Source: Eledone cirrhosa (taxonomy: Eukaryota). Taken from it: 64,000 nucleotides of DNA. Location of the stretch: assembly GCA_964016885.1 (NCBI GenBank), contig OZ024742.1, positions 160,766,001-160,830,000 of the forward strand. Reading direction: 5' to 3'. Positions 38,377-52,966 of this stretch are shown in pieces. The notes beneath the pieces are model-generated. The model did no database searches. It had not been told where the DNA came from and saw only the letters and a program-made list of their open reading frames with translations. The translations under genes were made by a program, and so were the position numbers. Within the stretch, counting starts at the first letter, position 1. The number at the start of each line of letters is the position of its first letter.

Positions 38377-39567
38377 TAGTTACGGTATGTACACAGTTCT
38401 TCTATGTTTGATTTTACACCGAATTGCATATGGTTAATTATGTACTTGGTCGATTTATGCATGCTGTCGAAATGTTGGATAAATAACCTGCTGTGGATAC
38501 CGCGAAGAATCCACTCTCGTTTATTTGTCGGAGATTTCTTCATAGGAGCTTTTATCCTTATGGCTTAGTATAATTGATTTTTTATATGGTTGATTGTGCT
38601 GTTTGGCAGAGGAAATGGAGTATATATTTTGTTTATCTAATAATTCTGTGGACATGATTTATAATAATATATATATATATATATATATGAGCTTCAGGCG
38701 TTCTTTGATGTAACCAACATTAGAAATCAAGGTTTCTGTTAATCATCGAACTATAAAATTGATTCCAACAACGAAAGATACAGAGAAATGTGAATGAAAC
38801 CGGGTGTGCTATTCCCACTGTCACATTACTTCAGAGAGTGACTGAGGGCAAGTTTTTAGACGAAAACAGTTTACAAGCCCTGAGATTGTGTTTCATAACA
38901 GAAGGTGTATGCAAGTGTACGAAGAAATAATGTCTACGTTATTTTACTCATCACTAAATGACTGACTTGTTAGATGGTCACACAAAATAATTTGTAATAT
39001 TTGGTTAAGTCCCTTCATATTTTGCATTCAAATTCTACCTAAGTCTACATTGCTTTTTATCTAACTGTGATCGATATACCATATACAAAAGAAGTTTCGT
39101 TCGTTGATAATCAACCGTATTGCACTCTCCAAAATTTGTGTAATTTAGATTACAGTACCGCAGTTACAATGAGTAAAAATATGAAGATTTAGAAAATATT
39201 AAATTTTCGTGTTAGTATTTCCTATATCAGAATAATGGCTTCGAATTTAAACACAATGCCGGCAATTTTAGCGAGGGAAAAATCACGATGATACTGATCA
39301 CCGGTTCTTGACTGGTACTTTATTTTATCAACCTCGAAAGGGTGACATACAAAACAATAAGAATATCTCATAGAAGTGACTGATTGAAATTGTTTTTGAG
39401 AAAGAAAGAAATTGAAGCCAAAAAATAGAAAGAGAAAAAATAGCATTGCATGTATCGAACCATAATTCCTGATGGTGTCATAGGGGTGCTGTAATGACAA
39501 ACGAAATGCCTTGGGAATGACTAAACAGAGCCGGTTTCTTCCAGAGAAGGAGAAAGGGAGAGAGAGA

Positions 39568-39628
<61 letters not shown>

Positions 39629-40137
39629 AGAGTATGAAGTACTGGAATGGTACTTTCTTTCAACCACACCCCACCACACCACCACCATCCATCACCACCA
39701 CCATCACCAAAGAATAAAAAAACAAAGTCGACATCGACGGGATTTGAATACCGAGAGCGGAGATACCTGGAATGAGTACCGCAAAGTATTCTGTCCGAAG
39801 TGTTAAAAACTCTGCAAATTCGTTACCTTGTTAAATAACATTATAAAAAACTAAATAATATGAATAAGCGAAGAATGAAATTTAATGAACATTGAGAAAT
39901 GAGATAATGAGGTAATAAGTTGATGAAAGAGCAGATTACAACATGAAAGTGGGAGAAATGATATGAAGAAAAAATAATATAAAAAACGAAACGGATAAAT
40001 GAAAAGAAATAGATTTTTAAAATGTGCTGAATTAAGCATAAGAGTAGGAAATGAAAGATGAAGGATTTGATGAAAGATTGAATATGATAGATGTAATGAA
40101 ATGGATTGCTGTTCTTCTTCTTGTTATTACTGTGGTA

Positions 40138-40362
40138 AGGGCGGTGGATTGGCAGTATCGGTAAAGGGTCGGACACCTTGCTTTTCAGCATAGAGTTACG
40201 GCCCTTTGCAGTATGCGTTCAAATCCCGCCGAGGTTAATTTTGCCTTTCATCCTTACGGGGTCGATAAAATAAAGTACCAGTCACGCACTGGGGTCGATT
40301 TAATCGACTTTCCCCTCCCCTTAATAAAATTGCTGGCCTTGTGCCTAAAGTAGAAACAGTTA
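40138..40362 (+). mobile_element. SINE, dominant family, long form
   Basis: Full consensus including the GGGGTCGATTTAATCGACTTTCCCC segment. Confidence 0.88.
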
Positions 40363-40866
40363 TTATTGTTGTTATTGATGTTGTCGTTATTGCTATTGTT
40401 GTTGTTATTGTTGTTGCTATTGTTGTTGTTATTGCTGTTGCTATTGTTGTTGTTATTGCTGTTGCTATTGTTGTTGTTGTTGTTGTTGTTGTTGTTATTG
40501 TTGTTACTATTGTTGTTATTGGTGTTGTTGTTGATGTTGGTGTTGTTATTGTTGTTATTGTTGTTGTTGTTATTATTGGTGCTGCTGTTGTTGTTATTGA
40601 TGCTACTGTTGATGTTGTTTTTATTCTTGTTGTTATGGATCTGGTTGTTGATGTTGTCGCTATTGACGTTGTTGTTATTGTTGTTGTCGTTGCTATAGCT
40701 GTCGTTGCTATTGCTGTCGTTGCTATTGCTGTCGTTGCTATTGCTGTCGTTGCTATTGTTGTCGTTGCTATTGTCGTTGTTATTGATGTTGTTATTGGTG
40801 TTATTTTTTATGTTGTTGTTGTTGTTGTTGCTGTTGTTACTGTTGTTGTTGCTGCTGTTGTTGTTT
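40363..40866. repeat. Degenerate (TTG)n trinucleotide tract extending from the SINE tail
   Basis: Direct reading. Confidence 0.95.
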
Positions 40867-41009
40867 AGCCCACGATGTCCTCTGACAAACCATATCTATA
40901 TGCAAAAGCATTCTATCATCGGGTAGAACATTAGCAGAGTCATTAGAACGTTATTGTCTTCTTTCCGGCTCGCTGCGTTCAAATGATCTTTACAAGGTTG
41001 ATAAAAATA

Positions 41010-41190
41010 TAGTTGTTTCTACTTTTGGCACAAGGCCAGCAATTACCCAGTACATTACTAGTACTTTATTTTATCGACCCCGTAAGTTGAAAGGCAAAGT
41101 TAACCTCGACGGGATTTGAACTCAGACTATAAAGCGACGTAACTATGCTGGAAAGCATGGTGTCCGACCCTCTACCGATACTGCCAGTTC
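41010..41190 (-). mobile_element. SINE, dominant family
   Basis: Consensus match. Confidence 0.85.
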
Positions 41191-41235
41191 AATACTGAAG
41201 TCGATTCTTCCACTATATCTCTTTCTTTCTCTCTT

Positions 41236-41316
<81 letters not shown>

Positions 41317-42741
41317 ATTCTACTCTCTCCATCTATCTATCTACCTATCTCTCTATCCATCTACCTTTCTCTTTCTTTCTTCTCCGAAAAAAATCGGTTG
41401 TTTTCAGATCTGGCGAGGGTCTATATGTCAAGATCGGACCCCCACGATTCCACGAGGAATCATGGGTCAATGACTGGAGGGAAAGGATTCTATCCATGCA
41501 CAATACTTGTGGGATATTTCGCTGCTATTTTTAGCAAGTCTAGCGCCCTCGCAGCGGCGTCAATGGTGGCAACTAATTAGTAGAACACGATGGAGATATT
41601 ATCAAATTAGCATTTTGAAGCATTTTAAAACGTTGCTGTACACCAGAATGAAAATTATTTTAACTATCCCTCAGGGATGAAAAGCACAGTTGACTCCAGT
41701 AAGATTTGAACCTAGATGGTAAAGAGTTGATATTAAATACTGTTATGAATTGAATTCGTTTTTACTAAACAGGAAATATAGGATCAAACTTTAACCAAAA
41801 TCTATTGTTTACGACGGGCATTCAGGATTTCCGAAAATCTGATTCCGTTTATTTGCAGATAAGACTACAAATTATACTTCTCAGAACGCCTCACAGGAAC
41901 AAATGATCAAATGATTTAGCATTTAAAAGCGATATACTTTCTCGTAAAGAATGGTTAGAAATAAAATAACGGAAGTTCTTGAATTCAGAACAGCCCTCTT
42001 GAGGTTAACGTTTAGACATTCTATCTGAGAACGAAGCACATTAAACTGATGTTTCCAGCTGCCTTGTCATAGCAATTTCTCAAAGCTGTTTATCTTGCTG
42101 CTACTTGCTCTGATAACGAGTTGCGTAAATCAAAATTATAGATCTATATACTATATCTATAGCCACTACCAAGACCTTGCTATCAGGTGGGGTAGAGAAA
42201 TGCCTTTGTAAACTTTAAAGATTGCAAATCTACAGATCAACATGAATTACAAACAAAACGACATATTACTACGATAACCTCACTGAACTCTACCTATCCA
42301 CTTAAATCGCTATCAGTATTATATTATGTTCCTTTGAATAGAATAGAACAGGGTTTTGGTATTTTTGTACATTTTTTTTTGTCTGAGATACACGTAAACA
42401 TAGAAACAATAGCAAAAAAATATACACATGTGCAAATGTGACGTTTTCTATTATTAGAAAATGTCTTAGTCATATCAGGTATTTAACACTGTAGTTGTTT
42501 GTGTATGACGTACGTTATATATGTTGTTTTCAGTGACTACTTTTTCATCTTTTTATCCATCTCATAGCCATCATGATCACAGATAGGATGCTGAGCAAGC
42601 ATCTAAAAGATCCTACAGATTAAGCATTGTTTCACTACAGGGATCACGCCTGCTTCCTATGATAAGTGTTTCAGCACAAGAGGATAGAAGCTCTGCATCT
42701 CTTTGATGTTCCCTACTAACTGATTTTTTACCACGCCCCTA

Positions 42742-42806
<65 letters not shown>

Positions 42807-44319
42807 TAGAGTCTAGCACACACTTTCTCTTTTTCTCTTTCTCGCTGTCTATCTATCTCTTAATCCGTCTATTTATCATTTTCTCACTTTTCACTGTAAT
42901 CACAACATATTAGCAAAAATAAATTATCAATAGAAACAGTACTGGCGATTATTTTGCTTCATGGTCGATGAAATCTGTGCTGTAATAAGTCCTGTGAAAT
43001 ATATTCAGCCTATACAAGAATGTGCCTTATCCATAGGTATATAGATTTTATATTGTTAGAATAATCTGAAATATATATTTATGTTTGTAATTTGTATCTT
43101 TTTTATTTTCCCTATAAGTTTTTTTGCCGTGTGTGTCTGATTTAGAATAAGTACAGGATTTGTGCTGTAAAACTTTGCCTCAAAATGAACCCACGATGAG
43201 TATGAAGCTGCTATAAAGCGTGCATGGCTACTTAACGTATGGCTAAGGAAAAATTCTTGTATAAAGAGGTAATTGTCATCTAACTAAGAAAGGAAGCACC
43301 ATAGGGCAATAAATAATTAAATTCTAGAAAATTCTTTCGCATTTTCAGTTACGCTAAAATGATGAATTATTAGATCGTCGGTGCTTTGTGACATTTGTTC
43401 GAGATTTTTGCGTTCTGAGTTCAAATTGCACACCCCGTGCAACCCACATTCGGCCAGCGACAAGTTAGGCCTGAAACTAACATAGATGTTGAAGCTTCAT
43501 TTAACAGTGGATCGAGCAACGTCTAGATAAAAGAGATATACATATGGAGTTATAGAGATATAGATAGATAGATATTCACTTTTCATTAATTTCTTCCGTG
43601 GTGTCAAGCTTTTCGTCGCACTTTCTGCGACATGGTGCCTGACATAGCCCCACTGCACTGGCAGTGAAGTGAATTTACAATGTGTTTGCATGCTTGTTAT
43701 GGTTAAAATAGCTCTTCTACGATGTAATTATTTTAGTTTTGACATAGTCTTAAATCATGTCATTTGCCAAACAAGTACAATTACGCTACTTATATGTCTG
43801 TAATATTATTATATCCATATGTGTGTGATATGTATATGTGACACTATTATAATCACGTTCAAAGTAATGAGTTGACAGAGACATCAGAACCTCGGATTTA
43901 ATTACCTTCTGTCATTTGTTCAGTCCATGTGACATCAAATCGCATTGAGGTTAATTTTGCTTTTCATTTTGTTGGAATCGATAAAATTTAATACCGGTTT
44001 AGCATGGTGGACTGGCAGAATTGTTCCAGCTGTTTACGTTTTGAGTTTGAATACCGTTGTGGCTAACATGGGACAGGTGTAATATATAACCCAGTTTAAT
44101 ACCCCCACTTGGCCCTGTGTGCTTTTAGCAACGACCACCCTGTTGTAAGGATTAGGACCGGGTCTCGGATCATCGATCTGAGGACACCGTCACAACTCAC
44201 TACTTCTCACCAATCTCGTATGATATGAAAATATTTATTCACATTGCTTTTCTCTTCCTGACAAAACAATAAAAAAATAACATTTGACGTTATTATAGTC
44301 ACATTTTATTTAGCTTAAT

Positions 44320-44500
44320 AAATGTTTCTATTTTTGGCACAAGGCTAGCAATTACCCCCAGTGCATTACTGGAACGTTATTTTAACGACCCCATAAGGAT
44401 GAAAGGCAAATTTAACCTCGGCGGGATTTCAACTCAGAACGTAAAGGGCCATAACTCTATGCTGCAAAGGATGGTGTCAGACGCTCTACCAATACTGTCA
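44320..44500 (-). mobile_element. SINE, dominant family
   Basis: Consensus match. Confidence 0.85.
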
Positions 44501-44551
44501 ATTGTAACCACAAGTTACTCACATAACACACACACACACACATATATATAT

Positions 44552-44617
<66 letters not shown>

Positions 44618-45934
44618 CTGTGGTGATGAGATCGTGGAGACCTCTAATCAAGTGAACACTCGATACATGGGGAAATGTAGAATGGGTAACGAGAATTGTG
44701 AAATCTCGACCACGGTGGGGATTTTACACACACATATATATAGCTTAATAATATCTTGCATATGTGTATATATTATATATGTATCATGTATGTATGTATA
44801 TATATTCTTCTGGTTTTATTATTTTATAAATGTTCACCAATAGAGAGAGTCGGTTTCTAATATATGGAATTTAGACAACATAAACTAGATAAATACGTAT
44901 GTATGTCTGTATGCGTGTGTGTATGTGTATGTATGTGCGTGTGCGTATGTGTATGTGTATGTGTGTGCGTGTGTGTGCACGCGTGTTTGTGCACGTATGG
45001 GCGTTATTGCATGTGTGGATCTTTATGTATTGAGTTATATGTGTATACGTGCATATGTTTCAGTATCTATACATGTGTATAAGCAGTTATTACAAACTGA
45101 ATCTTTCTGTCCCATATCACTTTGTCTAGTCTGGTAACTTTATATACGTTTATTTTCAAGGCTACGGATTTGCGTTGTGTAGTGTTTTAGCCGTTACATC
45201 AGGCCTCATAAGTAGATAGTATCGTGATGACATTTTTGGACAGCTGCTTCTGGTGTGGATGATACCTTCGATGTTTATACCGTAAAGTCTTCATCTGTTG
45301 TCACATCTGTTGTCTACATATGTTGTCATATCTGGGTGTTTTGCTTGCATACCTATCTATTTTGTGCATAAGGTATTTTATTGTTATTTCCTGTACTTGG
45401 TTTGCAAAAGCATATCCTTCACAGTGAAAACTAATATACCGCTTTTTGGTCCAAGATAGAATGCTTTGCTTATATATATTACTTTCATTTTAAAGCTTTA
45501 TGGCAACGTAGCCCTATATGATTTTTTTTCCGATTCATTGCAGTATTGCTGTACAATTTCCCTAGTGTGAGTATTTGTATGTATGTATTGATAAATATCA
45601 ATCAATTAATAATTATGATTATTAATAATGTTATATCGTGCAATGGCCAGACTCGATAACGAGGAGGCAGCCATCATCATCATGTATGTATGTATGCATG
45701 TGTGCATGTATGTGTATGTATGCATTTATGAATGTATGTACGTATGTATGTATGTAGTTGCCAACAATTACAGCACAAACTAGTTAATGAGAGGTTGTGC
45801 CATCCCCCGCTCTGTCTCTCAGACGTGCGGAACCTGAAGCGTATTCAGCCTCATGGTCTCGGTTGGCTGAATAGAAAAAGCATTATTATATTCACTTGTA
45901 ACATTATGGCATCATAACATATGCACCTATATCG

Positions 45935-46298
45935 TTGGCAGTATCGGTAGAGGGTCGGACGCCATTCTTTGCCTCAAAGAGTTACGGCCCTTTATGATCT
46001 GAGTTCAAATCCCGCCGAGGTGGTTAACTTTGCCTTTCATCCTTACGGATTCGATAAAATAAAGTACCAGTAATACACTGGAATAATTGCTGGCCTTGTG
46101 CTAAAAGTAGAAACAATTATTTCTCCTCCATTATTACAAGGCGTTAGATTGGCAGTATCGGTAGAGCATCGGAGAATATTCTTATAGTTATGTCCCTTTA
46201 CATTCTGAGTTCAAATCCTGTAACACACTGGGTTCTATGAAATCGACTTTACCCTTTCCCAAAATATGTTTGCCTTGTGCTTAAGTCAGAAACTATTA
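45935..46298 (+). mobile_element. Two tandem SINE copies (second lacks the core)
   Basis: Consensus match. Confidence 0.8.
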
Positions 46299-47169
46299 TT
46301 TCCCCCTTATTATGTGAGTCGCTATGACTATGTGCGTGTCTGTGAGCAAATATGTGTGTATGGGTATATGTTATCTGTATGTATGCGTGTGTCTTTATGT
46401 GTGGGTGTCTTTGTGTATGTGTATAAATGAATGTTTTTGCAAGCGCACACCGGTATCTTTTCATATGAAAAGTTTCTCATACATTCCACCACCTGCTTGC
46501 TCACTACAAACAAACAAACACAAATACACACCACACACACAAACATAAAGATGTAAACCACAGATATATATGTGTGTGTAATATGTGCGATGTATGTGTA
46601 TATTCACATGAGTAGCATATATATATATATATACGCTACCTATATGGATATATATATATATTTATATGCTACTCATGTGAATATATATATATATATACAA
46701 TATGTACATGATTGGTCTACTTTCGCGATGTATGTATAGTATACATGTGTTTGATTTCTATCTCTGTTCCCCTGTTCGACTACAGGCACTTCCTGCAAAT
46801 CCCTGAGAAAAACCACAGACCCTCCATCTCAACTCTACTTTTGAAAAGCAGAAGAACTGTGAAACCGGTAAAGGAACCAAATAAATATATACATTTTTTT
46901 AAAAATAAGACTCCAGTTGCATATTCGATTTCATCTTTTTTCTTTATACTTTCACTCGTGTAGGACACCTCAGTTATTTTTCAATTTGTAAAAAAAACTC
47001 ACTTCCTTATATATATATATATATATATTAAAGAGTTAAACAAGATTCAATGAGTACATCAAAGAATGAATTTTACAGTAGATTGGAAGCACTCTAAAGA
47101 AAATTATTTTCTAGAGTTATTAATATTAATTCAAATATTAACAAAATAGATATTCTTGTGATCAATTAA

Positions 47170-47235
47170 ATTTTATTATACATATTTCAGAGGTACTTGA
47201 ATCAGGTTCAACAGTACGTCCTCATCAGATAAAAT
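47170..47235 (-). ncRNA. Hammerhead ribozyme in PLE pLTR (second copy 51059-51124)
   Basis: Reverse complement of the motif at 51841-51906; sense to the PLE ORF. Confidence 0.8.
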
Positions 47236-48676
47236 AAGATGATACATGACATACCCTGACATATTATATGGTTAAGATTTAATCAAAGTAGTGATTAACT
47301 TATGAGAAAACTCAATATGTATACCCTAATATTGAGAACATGTGAAAACGTAATAGAATCAATAGAGAGGGTGTGAGTAAGAAAAACATTGCTTTAATGT
47401 AACAGTTATAGAGTTTTTAAAGTCTGGAATACTACTGTAGGACTATAGAGGAAGACGTATCAGGAGTTATAATTTATTTAGTTTTTAGCTTGAGAATACA
47501 ACTGATAGATAATTAAATAGAGGTAGAGATAAAGGGGAATAATTTATGCTCAAATTTTCTTAGGATACATATAGACATGTATAGCCTTGGCAGTTAAATT
47601 TCAAAATATTTAATTTATGTTATTATAGGTTTTAAAAGTTGATGGTTATTTGTATTAATTTTATGTAATTATAGGTTTTAAAAGTTGATGGTTATTTGTA
47701 TTAATTTTATGAATTTTATAAATTTTATAAATGTGTTAAATTTCTAAAATTCAAAGTTTTATGAAAACAAATTTAAAGGATTTACTAGGCCCGCGAAAGA
47801 AAAATATATTCTGTTCAATATTCTCACAAAGGTAATATTTTACAAAATTACTTGTAACAGTGACAACATTTTCCGTATGTATAGTTTATGAAGTATTTAC
47901 TGTTATAACTATCAAGGAATTTATTGTTAAATAGTTATAGTGTCTAAAGTATAATAATTAAACCAGAGTTTTCAGCTATATATGTGTGTGCATTGATCAT
48001 AATAAGAGGACTATAAATTATTATTTTTTTTTATTATTTGTTCATATATTATATTAAATCACTACATTAGTTCTACCTTCTAGGGAAGACCGAACTCTAA
48101 TTATGCTTATGTTATTATACAATATAAATATATTTGCACAAACTCTATATAGAGTTATACCGAACTTATTTGCACAAAACTATATACAGAGATATACCGA
48201 ACTATAATTATGATAATGTTATTATACAATATAAACATATTTGCACAAACTACATATAGAGAGATATACTAAGTATTAATGAGACGGTATACATTTAGTA
48301 AAGAATAACGATTTTAATCTTTGATAATAGATTCATACATGCATACCTATAAAATACATACATATATATAAAAAATGTAAACGCATGAATGATCCGCAGT
48401 TCAAATTAAGGTCCGTAAAATTTACAGGTTAGATATCTAAACTATATTTAAAACAGAGATAGAAAAATAAAGGTCTGGATCAAAGTTAATAATATCCCAA
48501 AAGCCATAGGTTATGTATATCAACCTGCAAACAAGTTATTAAACAAGTGACATTCATTCAAACATTATTTCCATTATAAATGATTAGAAGATAAAGCATT
48601 ATTAAAGTTTTATAAGCCGTTATGATTTATATTTTCAACAGTTGCTGATGTACGTCTAAAAACCAGGCTTGGTTGC

Positions 48677-50876
48677 TTACTGTTTTTTCCTGACCTTATG
48701 CGAGGCTTGGAATGTAGACAAAGCTTTATGAAGGCAGTTTGAGAATAATTCACTTTTTTTGTTAATTAAGTTTTCATAATTATTAATTATCAATAGGGTC
48801 TCCATTGTACAGAGAGCGCAATTACTTGATATACTTGAGTTGAGATAAACTCCACTATTACAAAGTTTCGTCCAAAAGATCGAGTATTTTAAATTTTTGT
48901 CTTTTAATGACCATATAAGCTGTGATAAAGAAGTCGATGATTTCCTATTAGAATTCGAAAATGAGCATTTATGATTCGCAAATCTAGCCTTAAATGTAGA
49001 AGAAGTTGCTCCTATGTAGTTGTATGTGTTGTTATAAGTTTTTACGGTGCATTTATACACCAAATTACTGTCCAAACAATTATTTTGCAGAGAGCAATCT
49101 GGTTTATTTCTACAATTACATTTTGATTTATTATTATTTATGTTAACACTATTATTAAAATCATTATGCTGATTCTGCTTTAGAATTTTACTGTTTATTT
49201 TAGCAATGTTTTGGGCCATATTCATAGTTGTAGAATAATATAATTTAATAGTGTGTCTATTAAAAATGGAATGGTATTTATGTTGACTAGGGAAAGAGCT
49301 GTCCAAAGCTTTAAAGAATAGGTTTGCTATTGGTGTTCTTACTGCTATGGAAGAAGGGGGTGGGGTAAACCATATAACTGATTTAGTTCTGGTTCTTTTC
49401 ATCGATTTGTTCACCGTATAGGTGTTTGAATTATAATTATTAGAATTTCGTTTATATACGCCATTATTTTTATCAGGATTAAAACTTGGATTATTATTAT
49501 CTACATATTCTATATTATTCTCATAACCTGCTCTTTTTAGCGCTTCATCCTGCATTTTCATCAAATATTGCTTTATTTGCACACTATTTACAATTGCTTT
49601 TTTTATTGACTTCGGGTGATTGGAGTAATAACTAACATAATTTAAGTTTTAATTGGGCTTATGAAAAGGGTAATAGAAGCCAGAGTTTAAGTTAAACGTA
49701 ACATCAAGGAAATTAACTATTTTGGTACCACTTTCTACTTAAGGTCATACATTTTAAAGAATTCAATTATACTTTTCTTTACTCTATTTAGTTCAATATT
49801 GTTGTGTTTGAACACCGTAAATAAAATGTCGTCCCTATATAAACCACCGGTAATCTCCGGCAGTTTTCTATTTATCATATTTAATCTGAAAATCCCCAGA
49901 AGATCTGTGATTTGCGCAGAATCAGATGCCCCCATGGTAATATCAAAGTTTATATTTCTATCTGAGCGTGTCCAATACTCGTTGTTGAAGTTAATAAGAG
50001 TTCTTCTAGCTGTTAGTATGATATCAATTTCATCCGTGGTTAGATCAGTATGCTTATAAGCGTATGGTATAGCCTTATTTAGTAGGTTGGACGTTATGGA
50101 AGAATAGTAGCTTTTTATGTCCATCTGGATGAATTTATGGTTTTTCTTATACCATTCTATGACTTCATATGTATCTTTCCACTAGCTCAATTTAGATCTC
50201 AATTTAAGAGCAGGTAGAATTCTATCGATAATGTTTTTACTGATTACTCCAATAACCGATTTGGATGGAGCAATCAGTCTAACTGGCAGGTCTTCCTCGA
50301 AGTTTATTTTGTGATCTTTTAAGTTAATCCGCGGCTGCCTACGTATAAGTGGCTCTGTTCTTCCTTCTATTCCTCAATTGGTAATTAATTTATATGCATC
50401 CTCATTAATTTCTGTAAGATCTTCAGCCGGGGCTTTTTTATAATTTTTCCTAAGTTCCTTTACAATCAAGTTATTATATCAAGTTGTTTATCCCATATAA
50501 ATTATTTGTTTTGTCCGATTTAACCAATATTTTGTTAACTTTTTTTATTTCCGTGATTTTTTTCTTTTAGAGTTCTAAGGTATTGGTGACCTATATATGG
50601 GTTTTTCCTACATTTAATTTTTTTAAGTATACCAAGCATTTCGGTTTCAAGATCCTCCAGGAGTTTGTTATATGGAGGATTCTTTCTTGATTTAAATAAA
50701 GATTAGAAATGATTGCTGTTGGTTTTTCTTTCAGCATCTTTATTCTCGAAATGAAATGCTCGCCATCTCATTCTTCTTATAAAAGACTTTGTTTGTTCGA
50801 TATTTTTCTTCATGTCTTCCTCATTTGAAGGTATTGGTATATCCTTGAGGGATGTCGGGAAGTTTAAGAAATCCAT
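48677..50876 (-). pseudogene. PLE RT + C-terminal GIY-YIG endonuclease, several stops and frameshifts (tentatively Nematis-like)
   Basis: ATG at 50876 (MDFLNFPTSLKDIPIPS..RRMRWRAF), LKDHK..VRLIAP, MDIKSYYSSI, FDITMG, GLYRDD, linker CNCRNKPDCSLQNNC, LVYKC..YIGAT..FKARFANH, CALC, LINKKSE. Confidence 0.9.
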
Positions 50877-51840
50877 ATTTATTTAAAAGCGCTCAACCAA
50901 CTGGGAGCAATATATATTAAAGAGTTAAACAAGATTCAATGAGTACATCAAAGAATGAATTTTACAGTAGATTGGAAGCACTCTAAAGAAAATTATTTTC
51001 TAGAGTTATTAATATTAATTCAAATATTAACAAAATAGATATTCTTGTGATCAATTAAATTTTATTATACATATTTCAGAGGTACTTGAATCAGGTTCAA
51101 CAGTACGTCCTCATCAGATAAAATAAAATGATACATGACATACCCTGACATATTAGATGGTTAAGATTTAATCAAGGTAGTGATTAACTTATGAGCAAAC
51201 TCAATATTTATACCCTAATATAGAGAACATGTGAAAACGTAATAGAATCAATAGAGAGGGTGGAGTAAGAAAAACATTGCTTTAATGTAACAGTTATAGA
51301 GTTTTTAAAGTCTGGAATACTACTGTAGAACTATAGAGGAAGACGTATCAGGAGTTATAATTTATTTAGTTTTTAGCTTGAGAATGCAACTGATAGATAA
51401 TTAAAGAGAGGGAGAGATAAAGGGGAGTAATTTATGCTCAAATTTTCTTAGGATACATATAAACATGTATAGCCTTGGCAGTTAAATTTCAAAATATTTA
51501 ATTTATGTTATTTTAGGGTAAAGAATCAAAATTATAGGTTTTAAAAGTTGATGGTTATTTGTATTAATTTTATAAATTTTATAAATTTTATAAATTTTAT
51601 GTTAAATTTCTAAAATTCAAAGTTTTATGAAAACAAATTTAAAGGATTTACTAGGCCCGCGAAAGAAAAATATATACTGTTCAATATTCTCACAAAGGTA
51701 ATCTTTTACAAAATTACTTGTAACAGTGACAACATTTCAGGGTAAAGAATCAAAATTATAGGTTTTAAAAGTTGATGGTTATTTGTATTAATTTTATAAA
51801 TTTTATAAATTTTATAAATGTGTATGTCATGTATCATTTT

Positions 51841-51906
51841 ATTTTATCTGATGAGGACGTACTGTTGAACCTGATTCAAGTACCTCTGAAATATGTATAA
51901 TAAAAT
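51841..51906 (+). ncRNA. Hammerhead ribozyme in the inverted pLTR piece
   Basis: ATTTTAT-CTGATGA-GGACGTAC..TTGAA CCTGA TTCAA..GTACCTCT-GAAA-TATGT-ATA^ATAAAAT. Confidence 0.8.
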
Positions 51907-51953
51907 GTAATTGATCACAAGAATATCTATTTTGTTAATATTTGAATTAATAT

Positions 51954-52012
51954 ATGTAAGTATGTATGTATACGTACATACATATCATATATGTACACAG
52001 ACGTACAGTAGC

Positions 52013-52056
<44 letters not shown>

Positions 52057-52752
52057 GTACACATATATATGTGTACGTATCAGTTTAGCGAACGTTTATT
52101 ATAACACTCGCTTTGTCCGTTTGTAAACAAACGGACAGCCTGAATTAATGCCATACGGTGTTAAGGCAACCACGTCACCTTTTTGTTCAACACTGACACA
52201 GGAACGATGTACTAGTTTAAAGCTTGTTAGCTATCGTCAGAACCGTATACCCTTCTGCCAGATGGTTGAACATTCGAAAGTATATACTTTCCTTATGAAA
52301 ATTAACGGCTGAGCAGCCTAATTTGCATATCGAGTGAGTTCAGTCGGCCAGGCGCACCGAAAACGATAAATTGGAATAGAATGAAACGAAATTTCATTTC
52401 TCACTCTTAGTACGGCACTTACTTAAATGTAAGTATGTATGTATACGTACATACTGGCCGACTGAACTCACTCGATATGCAAATTAAGCTGCTCAGCCGT
52501 TAATTTTCATAAGGAAAGTATATACTTTCGAACGTTCAACCATCTGGCAGAAGGGTATACGGTGCTGACGATAGCTAACAAGCTTGAAACTACTACATCG
52601 TTCCTGTGTCAGTGTTGAACAAAAAGGTGACGTGGTTGCCTTAACACCGTGCGGCATAAATTCAGGCTGTTCAGTTTGTTTACAAACGAACAAAGCGGGC
52701 GCTATAATAAGCGTCCGCTAAACTGATACGTACATATATATATGTGTACCTG

Positions 52753-52791
<39 letters not shown>

Positions 52792-52897
52792 GCTACTGTA
52801 CGTCTGTATACATATATGTATGTACGTATACATACATACTTACATTTAAGTAAATGCCGTACTAAGAGTGAGAAATGAAATTTCGTTTCATTCTATT
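51954..52897. mobile_element. ~473-bp HHR-bearing unit: tandem start, then inverted copy; 17-bp flanking duplication
   Basis: Unit 51954-52426 restarts at 52427 and flips at ~52454; the inverted arm runs to 52897. TATTTGAATTAATATAT at 51939-51955 and 52894-52910. Confidence 0.85.
52559..52601 (+). ncRNA. Hammerhead ribozyme, mutated (mirror copy 52204-52246, minus strand)
   Basis: Two-arm consensus ACGGTG-CTGACGA-T-AGCT-AACA-AGCT-T-GAAAC-TA-GTA^CATCGT. The right arm has GTA>CTA; the left arm has GAAAC>TAAAC. Confidence 0.78.
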
Positions 52898-52901
52898 TGA
52901 A

Positions 52902-52966
<65 letters not shown>

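Larger units (their letters stand above)
47028..51955 (-). mobile_element. Penelope-like element with direct pseudo-LTRs and an inverted partial pLTR
   Basis: Direct repeats at 47028-47871 and 50917-51737; inverted piece at 51822-51955; degenerate RT and GIY-YIG ORF between them; 3' end abuts (TA)n. Confidence 0.92.

Noticed and set aside
40341-40926. Poly-Val/poly-Leu 'membrane protein' ORFs
   Set aside because: They are the degenerate (TTG)n tract; the same applies to the YIYI, VCVC and HTHT ORFs throughout the window.
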